Part shown: positions 24,962-37,230 of the stretch, piece after piece | How positions within the stretch are numbered: position 1 is the first letter of the stretch | Layout: each line of letters opens with the position of its first letter | Assembly: GCF_021869535.1 (NCBI RefSeq) | Contig: NW_026262690.1 | Location: forward strand, 8,370,001 to 8,434,000 | Source of the DNA: Mytilus californianus | Lineage: Eukaryota | Reading direction: 5' to 3' | DNA length: 64,000 bases | Translations under genes and position numbers: made by a program | The notes under the pieces: model-generated | Seen by the model: only the letters and a program-made list of their open reading frames with translations | The model's database searches: none | Told to the model about the DNA's origin: nothing

Positions 24962-27550
24962 ATAGTTTCTAACATGATCTGTTCTACCCTTTAACAGTTT
25001 CTGACACAATCTGTTCTACTCAAAAACAGTTTCTGACATAATCTGTTCTACCCAAAAAAAGTTTCTAACATAATCTGTTCTACCCTATAACAGTTTCTGA
25101 CATAATCTGTTCTACCATTTAACAGTTTCTAACATTATTTGTTCTACCCTCCATAACAGTTTCTAACATTATCTGTTCTACCCTATAACAGTTTCTAACA
25201 TAATCTGTTCTACCCATAACAGTTTTTGGCATAATCTGTTCTACCCTTTAACAGTTTTTAACATTATCTGTTCTACCAATAACAGTTTCTGACATAATCT
25301 GTTCTACCCTATAACAGTTTCTGACATAATCTGTTTTACCCCATAACAGTTTCTGACATAATATGTTCTACCCTATAACAGTTTCTGACATAATCTGTTA
25401 TACCCTTTAACAGTTTCTGACATAATCTGTTCTACCATTTAACAGTTTCTGACATAATCTGTTCTACCATTTAACAGTTTCTGACATAATCTACTCTACC
25501 CCATTACAGTTTCTGACATAATATGTTCTACCCTTTAACAGTTTCTGACATAATCTGTTCTACCCCCATAACAGTTTATAACATTCTCTGCTCTACCCTA
25601 TAACAGTTTCTGATATAAACTGTTCTACCCTATAACAGTTTCTGACACAATCTGTTCTATCCTATAACAGTTTCTGACATAATCTGTTCTACCATTTGAC
25701 AGTTTCTAACATTATCTGTTCTACCCTATAACAGTTTCTAACATAATCTGTTTACCCTATAACAGTTTCTAACATTATCTGTTCTACCCATAACGGTTTC
25801 TGACATAATCCGTTCTACTATATAACAGTTTCTGACACAATCTGTTCTACCCTAGATAAGTTTCGAGCACAATCTGTTCTACCCTATAACAGTTTTTGAC
25901 ATAATTTGTTCTACCCTATAACAGTTTCTGACATAATCTGTTCTATCCCGTAACAGTTTCTGACATAATATGTTCTACCCTATAATAGTTTCTGACATAA
26001 TCTGTTCTACCCTTTAACAGTTTCTGACATTATCTGTTCTACCCCATAAATTTTTCTGACATAATCTGTTCTACCCTTTAACAGTTTCTGACATAATCTG
26101 TTTTACCCCATAACAGTTTCTGACATAATATGTTCTACCCTATAACAGTTTCTGACATAATCTGTTATACCCTTTAACAGTTTCTGACATAATCTGTTTT
26201 ACCCCATAACAGTTTCTGACATAATATGTTCTACCCTATAACAGTTTCTGACATAATCTGTTATACCCTTTAACAGTTTCTGACATAATCTGTTCTACCC
26301 CATAACAGTTTCTGACATAACCTGTTCTACCCTATAACAGTTTCTGACATAATCTGTTCTACCATTTAACAGTTTCTGACATAATTTACTCTACCCCATT
26401 ACAGTTTCTGACATAATATGTTCTACCCTTTAACAGTTACTGACATAATCTGTTCTACCCTAAAACAGTTTCTGACATAATCTGTTCTAACTTCTATCCT
26501 ATAACAGTTTCTGACATAATCTTTTCTACCTTATAACAGTTTCTGACACAATCTGTTCAATCCTATAACAGTTTCTGACATAATCTGTTCTACTATTTGA
26601 CAGTTTTTAACATTATCTGTTCTACCCTTTAACAGTTTCCAATATTATCTGTTCTACCCATAACAGTTTTTGACATAATCTATTCTACTCTATAACAGTT
26701 TCTGACATAATCTGTTCTATCCCGTAACAGTTTCTGACATTAAATGTTCTACCCTATAATAGTTTCTGACATAATCTGTTCTACCCTATAACAGTTTTTG
26801 ACACAATCTGTTCTACCCTAGAAAAGTTTCGAGCACAATCTGTTCCACCCTATAACAGTTTTTGACATAATTTGTTCTACCCTAGAACAGTTTTTGACAT
26901 TATCTGTTCTACCCTATAACAGTTTCTGACATAATCTGTTCTACCCAATAACAGTTTCTTACATAATCTGTTCTACCCTATAACAGTTTCTGACATAATC
27001 TTTTCTTCCCCATAACAGATTCTGACATAATCTGTTCTACCCTATAACAGTTTCTGACATAATCTGTTCTTCCCCACTACAGTTTCTGACATAATCTGTT
27101 CTACCCTTGAACAGTTTCTGGCATAATCTGTTTTACCCTTTAACAGTTTCTGACATAATCTGTTCTTCCCCATAACAGTTACTGACATAATATGTTCTAC
27201 CCTATAACAGTTTCTGGCATAATCTGTTCTTCCCCATAACAGTTTCTGACATAATCTGTTCTACCCTAGAACAGTTTCTGACATAATCTGTTTTACCCTT
27301 TAACAGTTTCTGACATAATCTGTTCTTCCCCATAACAGTTTCTGACATAATCTGTTCTACCCTAGAACAGTTTCTGACATAATCTGTTCTACCCTAGAAC
27401 AGTTTCTGACATTCTCTGTTCTACCCTATAACAGTTTCTGACATTATCTGTTATACCCTAGAACAGTTTCTGACATTATCTGTTATACCCTAGAACAGTT
27501 TCTGACATAATCTGTTCTTCCCTATAACAGGTTTCTGACATAATCAAGTC
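24962..27550 (+). repeat. 32-bp satellite array, about 80 copies
   Basis: Consensus CTGACATAATCTGTTCTACCCTATAACAGTTT; period 32 (e.g. 25321, 25353, 25385). Confidence 0.95.
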
Positions 27551-27639
27551 CTAGAACAGATTCGGAATTTCTAATCTAGTAAAGGTTTACTAGTTTACTA
27601 GTAAGAGTAAAAAGGAATGACTTTATTCTTTTTAATGAG

Positions 27640-28165
27640 TTTTCCGTTCTAATAGCAACATTCAAGCAGCACCTACATATGGACTTTATATCTCAAGTTT
27701 GATGCAAAAGTCATGTGTTAGTGTTTGACTTCCTTGGTCAAATGGTTACTGCTTATAATGAATATATTGACCGGAGGTTTATTTATGGTCAACATGAAGT
27801 CATCTCTTTGAAAGTATTCCGGACACCAATATGATTTGCTGACCGTTACGGAATATTTGTTTCAAGTACGACCATGTATATGTTTCATTTTTCGAAGCTA
27901 GAAATCGATCAATCTGTGACCGTTCTGATCACCTGTTTTTAACGCATCATGTATAGCACGACGGTTACTACTTAAAGAGCTAAAGAGCAGGAACTAGTAA
28001 CTGATACATAGCACCTACGAGATCTCCAGATGTTTGCTGTGGCTCTAATTTATTGCTTTGTGGACTGTTGTTTATCATGTTTTTTTTAATCCGTTTGGTC
28101 TTGGTGTTCTTTGTCTTTCTAGAACTAATGATTTTCGGTTAATCTCTTGGTATCGTCATACTTAT
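27640..28165 (+). mobile_element. Degenerate 3' part of a second Penelope-like RT family (family B)
   Basis: SNIQAAPTYGLYISQ-like translation at about 27650-27695, then a degraded KSSL...RHH.L.DRYGI segment and a family-B 3' UTR. Confidence 0.5.
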
Positions 28166-28472
28166 TTTTCTTTTTAAATCAATGCAAAGTGCGTGATTAA
28201 CTTATGTTTTTATCTTGTGTTCTATAAACCTATATACGTTATGTACTAAATAGCGAACACTTATACAATTGATTTGAATAAAGTTTACAAGTACTGATTT
28301 ATTACATGTGACCACAATATGCATATGTATATAAACATATAAATGAATGTATCTTGCTGATAAACACACCTTTGTATACTAACATAGATCATGCTCTTCC
28401 TCGTTGTTTTACAATGATTGTCGGTCCTCGTCTATAATAATTGCAAAGCGATAACATTTTACTTCTAGCATC

Positions 28473-29060
28473 ATGTATGAAGAACCAACTAGGAATCGCC
28501 CTTCGTCATTCCGGAAGGCCATCAACAACAGTCCATTGAACGACCAAAGCGTGAATAAGTCTCCCCTTAATGTGAAACCAACTTCACCATTAAGCATGTA
28601 CAACCATCCGGACGATTACGGGTTATACGATTTGCCGAACACTCATCACAATTTTCCGAAAGTTATTAAACCAGAGGACTTGATACCAAAGTCTCACGTT
28701 AAACGTAACCATAGCACCGATTCAACGAGCTCTGATGTAAGTTTGTTGTCATCAAGTTCTACAGCATCATCACCTACATCACGAATTTTGTTGGTTGTCG
28801 TTTTAACGTTGACAATACTCTTTTTGGCATCATTTGTGTACCTACTGCTGAAAATGAAGTCCATTGAAGACGGATTAAAGAAAGAAAGACACAAAATGGA
28901 CAACATTCTGACTGTTTTTTGTGTCCCATGTGACGATGTCAGACTTGGACCTTTTGAAGAGGACAACGAAAATTTACTGTTGCTTGATAAGAAGACTGTC
29001 AACAGAGTTGAAATTTGTTGTGCAAAAACACCAAATCAAACTATTGTTTTGACCAATCTT
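28473..29060 (+). CDS. TNF-superfamily ligand 1 (TRAIL/TNFSF10-like), first coding exon: cytoplasmic tail, TM helix, Cys-rich stalk
   Basis: Acceptor TTTTACTTCTAG at 28468, then ATG 28473. TM ILLVVVLTLTILFLASFVYLLL (aa 105-126); CVPC-x28-CC; phase-0 donor CTT|GTAAGT. Confidence 0.9.
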
Positions 29061-29170
29061 GTAAGTATTTTCTTCTTTATATTACCTGTACTTAATCATA
29101 CAGAAGATAAGTCACTTATTGTCAAACAAGTTTACTTTTCCATGTTTTTCTAATATGAAATAACATGGAG

Positions 29171-30147
29171 TTATTCCGGACCATATGAGTATTTGGACTA
29201 TACGCGTATGGTCGGACCATATGAGTATATACTCATTTAGTTATTAACGGGCCGGACCATATGAGTATTTTGACCATATAAGTATTTTTTTTTCCAATAT
29301 GCAAACTTTAACCAATAATTGATGCCCATTTATCCTTTTTGTTTAGCAAGTAAGATACAATACAAGTATTTCAGTAAATAAAATATAAAAAAAAATTGAT
29401 GCGACGGCTGCAAGTAAAAACAAAACAAATCGAAGACGTTTTGATATATTGCAATGAAATTTCACAATTGTATAAGAAAATAAATAAGCAAAGATAAACT
29501 TTCTATTTTTTTAACCAGGTATGCATAGCTTTGTTCACCAGACCCAAACATTACACGTTACTGACTGATTTGTTTCTGTGACATATTGTCTGAATCTGGG
29601 TTAGATCCGTCGGTAGTCATGATAGTGTCAATCAAAAGCGTCCGTTAATATATAGGGTTTGACTTTTTGTTTAATGTTGTATTTCTTGAATCTGTCTTCT
29701 AAATTCATTCGTCAGGACAAATCGACCATAGATGTATATGTTCAGTATACTTTTAACTTGTAAATTGAATTCACTGGGTTATCCATCGTCACTTTATTCA
29801 AGTAATCATGAAAATACTTATTCAGGTCTCATGTCGCGCATAATCATGATTAAAAAAACTCAAAATTTTTAAATATTTATATTTTTTTATAAATTCTTCC
29901 AAAATTTTAAATCAATAAATTTTTATAAAGTCTGTTTTTTTTATGTCAAATCGAAGGTTCATACCTTATGTAGTTTATATTATAGTATTAATTAAACCAA
30001 TGATTCGTACAGAAAGTCTAAGTCTAACTATGTACATGCTTGATTTAACATTTTAATCGTCGTCGTGTTAATCACCCGAACCATGTATATACTCATATGG
30101 TCATGACCATACGCGTATGGTCCAAATACTCATATGATCAGGAACAG
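29171..30147. mobile_element. Non-autonomous TIR element in intron 1 of TNF gene 1
   Basis: About 55-bp imperfect TIRs built from GACCATATGAGTA / TACTCATATGGTC repeats; perfect palindrome ACCATACGCGTATGGT near 30106-30121. No convincing TSD. Confidence 0.7.
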
Positions 30148-30548
30148 AGTGATCATGCTCCTTATCAACTATTGCTCAATTTCTTAAATGATTAAATCCA
30201 TCACTCTATTAACATGTTATCTTTCCTAATATGTATTTGTCACCGGACCGTTTAAGCAGCAATTCATCAACAAATCATGTTGAAAATCATTCACAAGTTC
30301 TATGTGGAGTGATGCAAGCTTTCCATTTAGTTTTACGTTGATCTTCCCCATCTTCGAAGGCCGTTTAGGGACCTTTAAATGCCTATTATAATGTACAGGT
30401 ACGTATATAAATATTCTTTGCGCGCTCATGACTAAATGCCGCATTTTGGTAAATATTGATAAAAAACGACTAAGCAGCTCAATTGACTAAAATAAAAATT
30501 GATACCTTGCAATGGGATCACATCTTCAAACGTTTTCTTTTATTTCAG

Positions 30549-30585
30549 ATTGTAGAAAGAAATCGCCAAAAGCACAAAACAGAGG
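30549..30585 (+). CDS. TNF ligand 1, 37-nt exon (IVERNRQKHKTE)
   Basis: TTTATTTCAG acceptor and G|GTAAGT donor; phase 0 to 1; same length as the matching exon of gene 2. Confidence 0.85.
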
Positions 30586-31062
30586 GTAAGTTTTTCACCA
30601 AAAAGTAATGGGTATCGAATATTAAAATGTACCGATAAAGAACTTAAGCCTAGTATATTAAAATCCGTCCTTATCTTGACTGAGGTCCGCAACCACAATT
30701 GTAGCTTACATGTTAATTTTTGTTGTGTTTATGTACCTCGTAACTCACTGAACTCCTCAAACAAAACCTTACAACTGTCCAGACTAGAAAAAATTATTCA
30801 GTTATGTCCCTTACCATGATGATTGTCAAAAGAAAAGTATCAAAGGGCTAAGCCATTTGAGTATAACTGACCATAATAAATGGTTATTTCCAAATTATTT
30901 TTGTCCAATTAGAATTCACCCCATATCCTGGTGGTTTGTGCATATTTACCCTTAATGATTAACCAGATATCGGCAACTGTAAGATTTTGGTCTATATATA
31001 TTTTATAGGATATACAAATAAACATTTGTCCTTGTTTTAGTAACTCCTATTGTAATTGATAG

Positions 31063-31179
31063 ATATACTTGAAATGGAACAACAAATTCAACAGAGGAAT
31101 GCCTCCTTTCAACCATCTATTACGAAAGCACCCGTTGCAGCTCATTTACTTGTCGGGACTCAACAAGTTCCAAAGCAAG
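31063..31179 (+). CDS. TNF ligand 1, 117-nt exon with beta-strand A (DILEMEQQIQQRNASFQPSITKAPVAAHLLVGTQQVPKQ)
   Basis: AG acceptor 31061-62, donor GT 31180-81; phase 1 to 1; carries the AAHL motif of the TNF homology domain. Confidence 0.85.
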
Positions 31180-31384
31180 GTATTGTATTTTTGTGTATTT
31201 CACACACTACTAACTAAATATTCCAGTTACGTTTTAACAGAAGTTAATAGTCACAACCTTTCGAACTGAAAAACTAAATTATCATCAGTGAATCATTTGG
31301 TATACATACTTACAATTTACGTATTACCAGGCAGTAATGCATGTTCATTTACTTTAGGAATTTGTTGAGAATAGGGATGAATAA

Positions 31385-31570
31385 TTCCGTGGTTTTGTCG
31401 TTTGAATTGTTTCACATTTTGTCATGCCGTTTTTGTTAATAGTAAACGTTACGAAAGGAGTTTTGCTTATTGCTTAAGGTCGTACGGTGACCTATAGTTG
31501 CTTGTATCCACATAATTTGGACTCTAGTGGATAGGTGTCTCATTCGCAATCCTACCACGTTTTCTTATTT
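31385..31570 (+). mobile_element. Family A' repeat fragment in the last intron of TNF gene 1
   Basis: GGTCGTACGGTGACCTATAGTTG...GTGTCTCATTCGCAATCCTACCACGT. Confidence 0.6.
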
Positions 31571-31683
31571 TTATAATGAATTTTATTGTATATCTTGTAA
31601 TACTCTTTATTTCTACTGAATGTTCGCTTCTAAGGTTTGAAATTACTTTTTGTTTTATATAACACCATGGATTTGCCTTTTAG

Positions 31684-32102
31684 ATGAAGCACCATTTCCC
31701 ATCACGAATTTGATGTCAACGGATCCTATTGCGCATGTCCAAGGTTTAAGAGTAACAAGGGACATGCTAAGTATAAACAATTCAGGACTGTACTTCGTCT
31801 ACAGTCAGATCTACTTCAGCAATATCAACAGTCAAAGTTACAAACAGAATACTTCACAAGCTTTATACCATTATGTCTACAGATACAACGTTATATATCC
31901 AAATGGCGGGAGTGAACTATTGTTAAAGAGTGTGCGCACTCTTTGTTGGGCTAAGGATAAACTCTATACTGACTACACTAGTTATACTGCTGCTGCATTC
32001 CAACTAAATGCTGGCGATAAACTGTATGTCATGATATCTGATATTGCGATCCTATCTAGAGAATCAAAGGCCAGTTTCTTTGGTATTTTTAAGATTTCTT
32101 AA
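31684..32102 (+). CDS. TNF ligand 1, terminal exon (TNF homology domain)
   Basis: GCCTTTTAG acceptor. SGLYFVYSQIYF, LLLKSVRTLCW, LNAGDKLYV, ASFFGIFKIS*. Spliced CDS is 1161 nt = 386 aa with no stops. Confidence 0.95.
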
Positions 32103-32312
32103 CAAACAGTGACTACGTAAACATATTGTTTGTTTTAATACTAGAAAGGTCTCATACGTATCATCGAAAAGTGCTCACTTATAGGTTCCTTATGATTTGT
32201 ACGCTTGTCCGTCGATGAAGGTCATACGATTGCCTAAAATTGTTCAGGGTTTTTGGCTATCGCATAAATCATAAAAAAGGTTAACAAGGAAACAAATTGG
32301 GTCGGTGCAACC

Positions 32313-32398
32313 ACCAACACACAACTCCTCCAAATAGATCACAGCAACGACCAACACACAACTCCTCCAAATAGATCACAGCAACGACCAACACACAG
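32313..32398 (+). repeat. 37-bp tandem duplication (2.3 copies) just 3' of TNF gene 1
   Basis: ACCAACACACAACTCCTCCAAATAGATCACAGCAACG at 32313 and 32350. Confidence 0.9.
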
Positions 32399-33309
32399 TC
32401 CATTTATTTTTGTCTCTTAAGTGAAAATTCTTCTGATATATTTTGCATTTTTTTTTTATTTATGTGAACATAAAAGAGATGTAGCATGTGTGACAACCAT
32501 TGAAACAGAAAACAAAGAAGAATGTAAGAAATGCAGACGACATTAAAAAGACAAATATACCTGCCACTGTAGAGAGAAACAGAATACAATTATGTATATG
32601 CATGTATCTACGCATATATAGAAGTCGATACGACACAACAAAAGAGAAAAAATCACATTAAATAGAATCAGACGGCCACTGTTTTGCCGTCAGAGATTAT
32701 CATGAAAGACTATGCAACGAAACGATGAAACATAAACGGACAAAGATATCAAAATCATTATTATCATATGACTTGACAGAGAAAACTATTGACTAAATGA
32801 CTGAAATAGTAACATTTATTTACCAAAAGAAATGTTACGAATTGGTTACCACGACATATTATACAAAAATACAAAAAGAAAGAAACCACTGCATGTAAAA
32901 AGTAAAACGCTTAAACTTGATACACAAAACAACAAAATCTGAGAGACAGAAACATAATATAGAGGAAAAAATCTTTTAACTTTAATCGTGTTGTGTTTCA
33001 AAGTTTTATAACTTCGTTGACCTTGTCTATTTCTTCGACAACGATAATTACACTTTATACATTTCATGCGTCCGAAGCGCTTTACTGGATTAACCTTCAC
33101 CAGTATTGCTCAAACATTTCAAAGTCATGGGCTCTTTTGACAAAACAGTCTTACGACTAAGATTGATCGTAAGGTATACTGAAATCTTCATGAATTACAA
33201 GTATTTTTACTTACTCGTAAGATTTTTTTGTGAAATGAGTCGTAGGGATGCAAAAAAACGGTATTTGAGAAGTGACGAAACGATATAAAGCAAGTAAACA
33301 CCTCTGTAA

Positions 33310-33338
33310 ATAAAAAAAAAAAGAAAGAAAGAAAAAAA

Positions 33339-33378
<40 letters not shown>
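33310..33378 (+). repeat. Poly(A)/(GAAA)n microsatellite
   Basis: Direct reading. Confidence 0.9.
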
Positions 33379-33971
33379 ATCATCGTTATTTATATATGTT
33401 TCATATTATGTATAGTGTATAAAGATAACGCCTTAATGATTGATGTGATACATGTACAATCACTAGTTTGATACATATGAAACAAAATGTAGTACTTTGA
33501 ATGGATAAGTATCAGAACCTAATTTTATATTAAATAAGCTAATTTTTGAATATCAATAAAATTGTAAATAAAATGAGAAATAATTTTACTTTATTCAAAT
33601 CAAATTAATGAATGCAGTTCTTTTATTCATATTCGAAGGCAACTTGAATACTCGCTATACTCGCAAAACTTTCAAAACAAATAATTCGAAGAAATATACT
33701 CAAAACGGCTACTGAGATTGCGCAACGTTGTTGCATATGACTCCGAACGGCAAATATAATCCAATCAAAAACAGAGCTTCAAAACACCTAAAGTAAGGCT
33801 GCACATGCATAGCCCACGAAAGGTATTGTTTAACGTACTTACTCTACCGATATAGAAATTTGAAATTCTGAGAAAAACATGATTTTATGCAATTACAGAT
33901 TTTATTAACCAGTTTTGTGCACTATGTATTAAACTGCCCCTTTATTAATAGAAGCGAGACTGGTCCATTAC

Positions 33972-34102
33972 AGAATAACAGGGCATTAATACAGGGCCAT
34001 TATGAATAAACAGGGCTATTATTGATAATCAGGGCCATTATGAAAAAACAGTGCCATTCTGAAAAAAACAGGGCCATTATGAATAATCAGGGCTATTACG
34101 GA
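33972..34102 (+). repeat. ~19-20-bp minisatellite (ACAGGGCCATTATGAATAA-like), about 7 copies
   Basis: Repeated CAGGGCCATTATGAA; a lone copy lies near 35125. Confidence 0.75.
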
Positions 34103-34389
34103 TTTCCAGTTGCTATCAATTCAAATACATTTCTGGGGAAAAGAAACATCAAGAAATTGAAAGTGCCGAAGAATCAATACTCATCTTATTTGACCCAGTT
34201 GTCAAGTTGATAATTACATAATACATTCCATGATGTGTATCAAACTATATAACTTTGAGTTTTAAAATCAAGAATGAAATCATAAATTGCTTTGAATAGG
34301 ACAACAATAAAATTTGATTAACATTTACATGTTATTCCATCACATCACTTTAAAAGTTTCTATTTGATATTGCATTTTGTGTACTCATA

Positions 34390-34935
34390 TCTATACTACT
34401 AAAGGAAGAGGCCGATTTCATTGAGCCGCAACTCCTCAGAAACCATACAAAGTCGGAAATATTTGTAATATGACGTATAAATGTAGTGTTTTGTACTTCC
34501 TAAATTTGTCTTTGAAACAATATTTTTTCCACAGAAAACGCCAATTTTTGAGAAAATATCCAAATTCGGAGACCGTTATCGATCCGTGAATTATACGCTT
34601 TTGCGCATGCTCAGTCGACGTTCTGCACATGCTACACCTGTTACATGTACATGTACCTTATCTGTACATTCTGCCTCTGTCAGTCGCACCACCAAACGGT
34701 GTATTTGGAATTAAAATTTTGCTATATACACGAGTCATAATCACACCTGAAATTCGTCAGTATACAGGGATTGACACTACTAAATTCAATCATTGGCAAA
34801 AAAATATATATATCTACAAGTAGTTTCTGGTTGTAGTAAGAAAAACCAGGATGGGGTCAAATGACAATACACATACTAAAAATCCAGGCTAAAATAATTC
34901 AGTCACGGACCCGCGATGTCGCGGGTGTGTTCTAG
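34390..34935 (+). mobile_element. Non-autonomous canonical Helitron
   Basis: A|TCTATACTACTAAA 5' end; 3' hairpin ACCCGCGA-TG-TCGCGGGT (34909-34926), then CTAG|T. Inserted between A and T with no TSD. Confidence 0.85.
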
Positions 34936-35689
34936 TATATACAATTTCTCCCATAAAAACTGATTTGGCTTGGTTAAATATTACACATTAACGGTTTGGT
35001 TAAAAAAAGTATTAAGAAGTGGGTGTTTTCAAATTGACCTTGTTATTTTTCCTTGTTCGGTAATAATGGCCTCGGAGGTTGTAATGGCCATGCGTTACCT
35101 TCGTGCCATTACTTGGACATATAACAGGGCCATTATGAAAACACCTATTAATTAATACTACAAACCTTTGTACAAAATTTGAATATCGAAAATTAAAGAG
35201 TGCTTACCACCGAATGGACATTTTCCCCTGAAAACATGATGCAATGATTTGTTGAATCTTTTAGTTCAGCTATAAATTGTTTAGTGAACGATAATTATGA
35301 AACAAGTATATTCTGACAAAATGTCCGGATACTCAGGCTTTGTTAGTAGATATGAACAAAAATACTAATTTGTCAAATCATTGTGTAATGGAATAAATAC
35401 TTTAAAAGAATTGTGAAAAATTTGTTTATATTGACTGACAGTAGATATACATCGATTATTTATGATAACTTCTATTACAAATACATTGTGCTGCTCCGAA
35501 GCTGCTTTTTGAAGGGGCATTAGCTGTCAAATTCATGTTCACCGATTTGACTGAAATTCTCATATTTGATTTATAACATACTAAAAGAGAGGCGAAAGAT
35601 ACCAGAGGGACATTCAAACTAACAAGTCGAAAACAAACTGACAACGCCATGGCTAAAAAATAAAAAGACCAACAGACAAACAGACAAAC

Positions 35690-37230
35690 AATAAAATTGA
35701 GGATGGAAAGGGGGAATGTGTCAAAGAGACAAAAACCCGACCAAAGAGCAGAAAACAGCCCAAGGCCTACCATGGGTCTTCAACACATCGGGAAAAATCA
35801 CGCACCCGGAGTCGGGCTTCAGCTGGCCCCTAAACAAAAATGTGTACTAGTTCAGTGAAAATGGACGTCACACTAAACTCCGAAACATATAAATGAACTA
35901 AAATTAAAAAACATACAGACCGGAGGCTCCTGACTTGGGACAGGCGCAAAAATGCGGCGGGATTAAACATGTTTTGTGAGATCTCAACCCCCCTAATACT
36001 TCTAGCCAATGTAGAATAAACAAACACACAGCAATACGCACAGTAAAACTCAGTGAGTCCGAAGTCAGACTAGGTAACAGAAGAAACTAAGCAAAATGAC
36101 AATGATACATAGATTAACAAAGGACTACTACATGTAGCAGTTGCTGACATGCCAGCTCCAGACCTCAATCAAACTGATTGAAAGATTATGTCTTCACCAT
36201 ATGAAAATCAAGCACAATCCCTCTCGTTAGGGGTTAAGTATAATACCATCATACAATATACAAGAGAACATAACCCGTATCATGCCAACAACTGGTTTTA
36301 GAATACATGTGTTTATTTCCGATGCAAAGACCCTATGAGTGAATCAATATTAATTCCAAATTATGCCATCTTTAATGACCTGACAACAGTATTGTAACTA
36401 TATCTCTTCTGAATAAGTCTGTTTAAAGGTTTGGTTAGCTTTTGAGGTGAATGACGATATTTTTGTGCTTTGTATAGAATATTACCATAAAAGATAGGAT
36501 GTGAAATAACTGAACGTATAAGATGTCTGCATGTTGATTTATATTTACGAATGTTGTCCTTGTACCGATGATAAAATTTAGTAAATGTTTTGACTAGTTT
36601 GTTATATCGAAAAGCTTGGTGTAATATTTTTTCAGTAATACAGAGATTTCTTTCGTTAAAATCAAATGCGTTCTTACATACACGAGCGAATCGAACAAGT
36701 TGAGATATATAAACACCATAAGATGGTGACAAGGGAACGTCACCATCTAAAAAGGGATAAATAACAAAAGGAAATGAAAAATCATCTCTTTTATCGTAAA
36801 TTTTGGTATTAAGCTTCCCGTTGAAGATAAAATATCAAGACCCAGGAAAGGGCAGTGTTCATTGTTAGTATTAGCTTTAATTAAAGTCAGTTCAGCAGGA
36901 TAAATCTCTTTAGTGAACATTCTGAAGTCGGCATTATTTAAAGCCAATATATCATCCAAATATCTAAAATGTTATTAAATTTTTGTATCAGATGTTGTGT
37001 CGATGAGTCTTTGCTGATTTTAGTCATAAATTGTAACTCATAACAATACAGAAACAGGACCGCAATAAGTGGTGCACAGTTAGTCCCCATTGGAATTCCG
37101 ATAACGTGACGATATACGGAATCTCCATAGCGAACAAAATTGTTTTCTAGTAAAAATTCAAGTGCAATTATCGTATCAAAGTAGGTCCAATTGACATAGT
37201 TCTTTTGTTTGTTGTTACTTAAAAATGACA
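35690..37230 (-). mobile_element. Naiad-type Penelope-like retroelement, family A copy 1 (5'-truncated, frameshifted RT)
   Basis: ORFs 36938-37249, 36747-36959 and 36361-36732 give GIPMGTNCAP, (Y)LDDILAL and YGVYISQLVRFARVC. Colinear with copy 2, including the 3' UTR. Confidence 0.85.
36198..36261 (-). promoter_or_regulatory. Degenerate SECIS-like hairpin in the 3' UTR of family A copy 1
   Basis: Minus strand ATGAT-GGTATTATACT-TAA-CCCCTAACGAGAGGG-ATTGTGCT-TGAT; core and AA retained, one helix II mismatch. Confidence 0.6.

Noticed and set aside
28694-29002. Antisense ORFs over TNF exons (28409-28603, 28694-29002, 53002-53196)
   Set aside because: Shadow ORFs of real coding exons with no independent signal.
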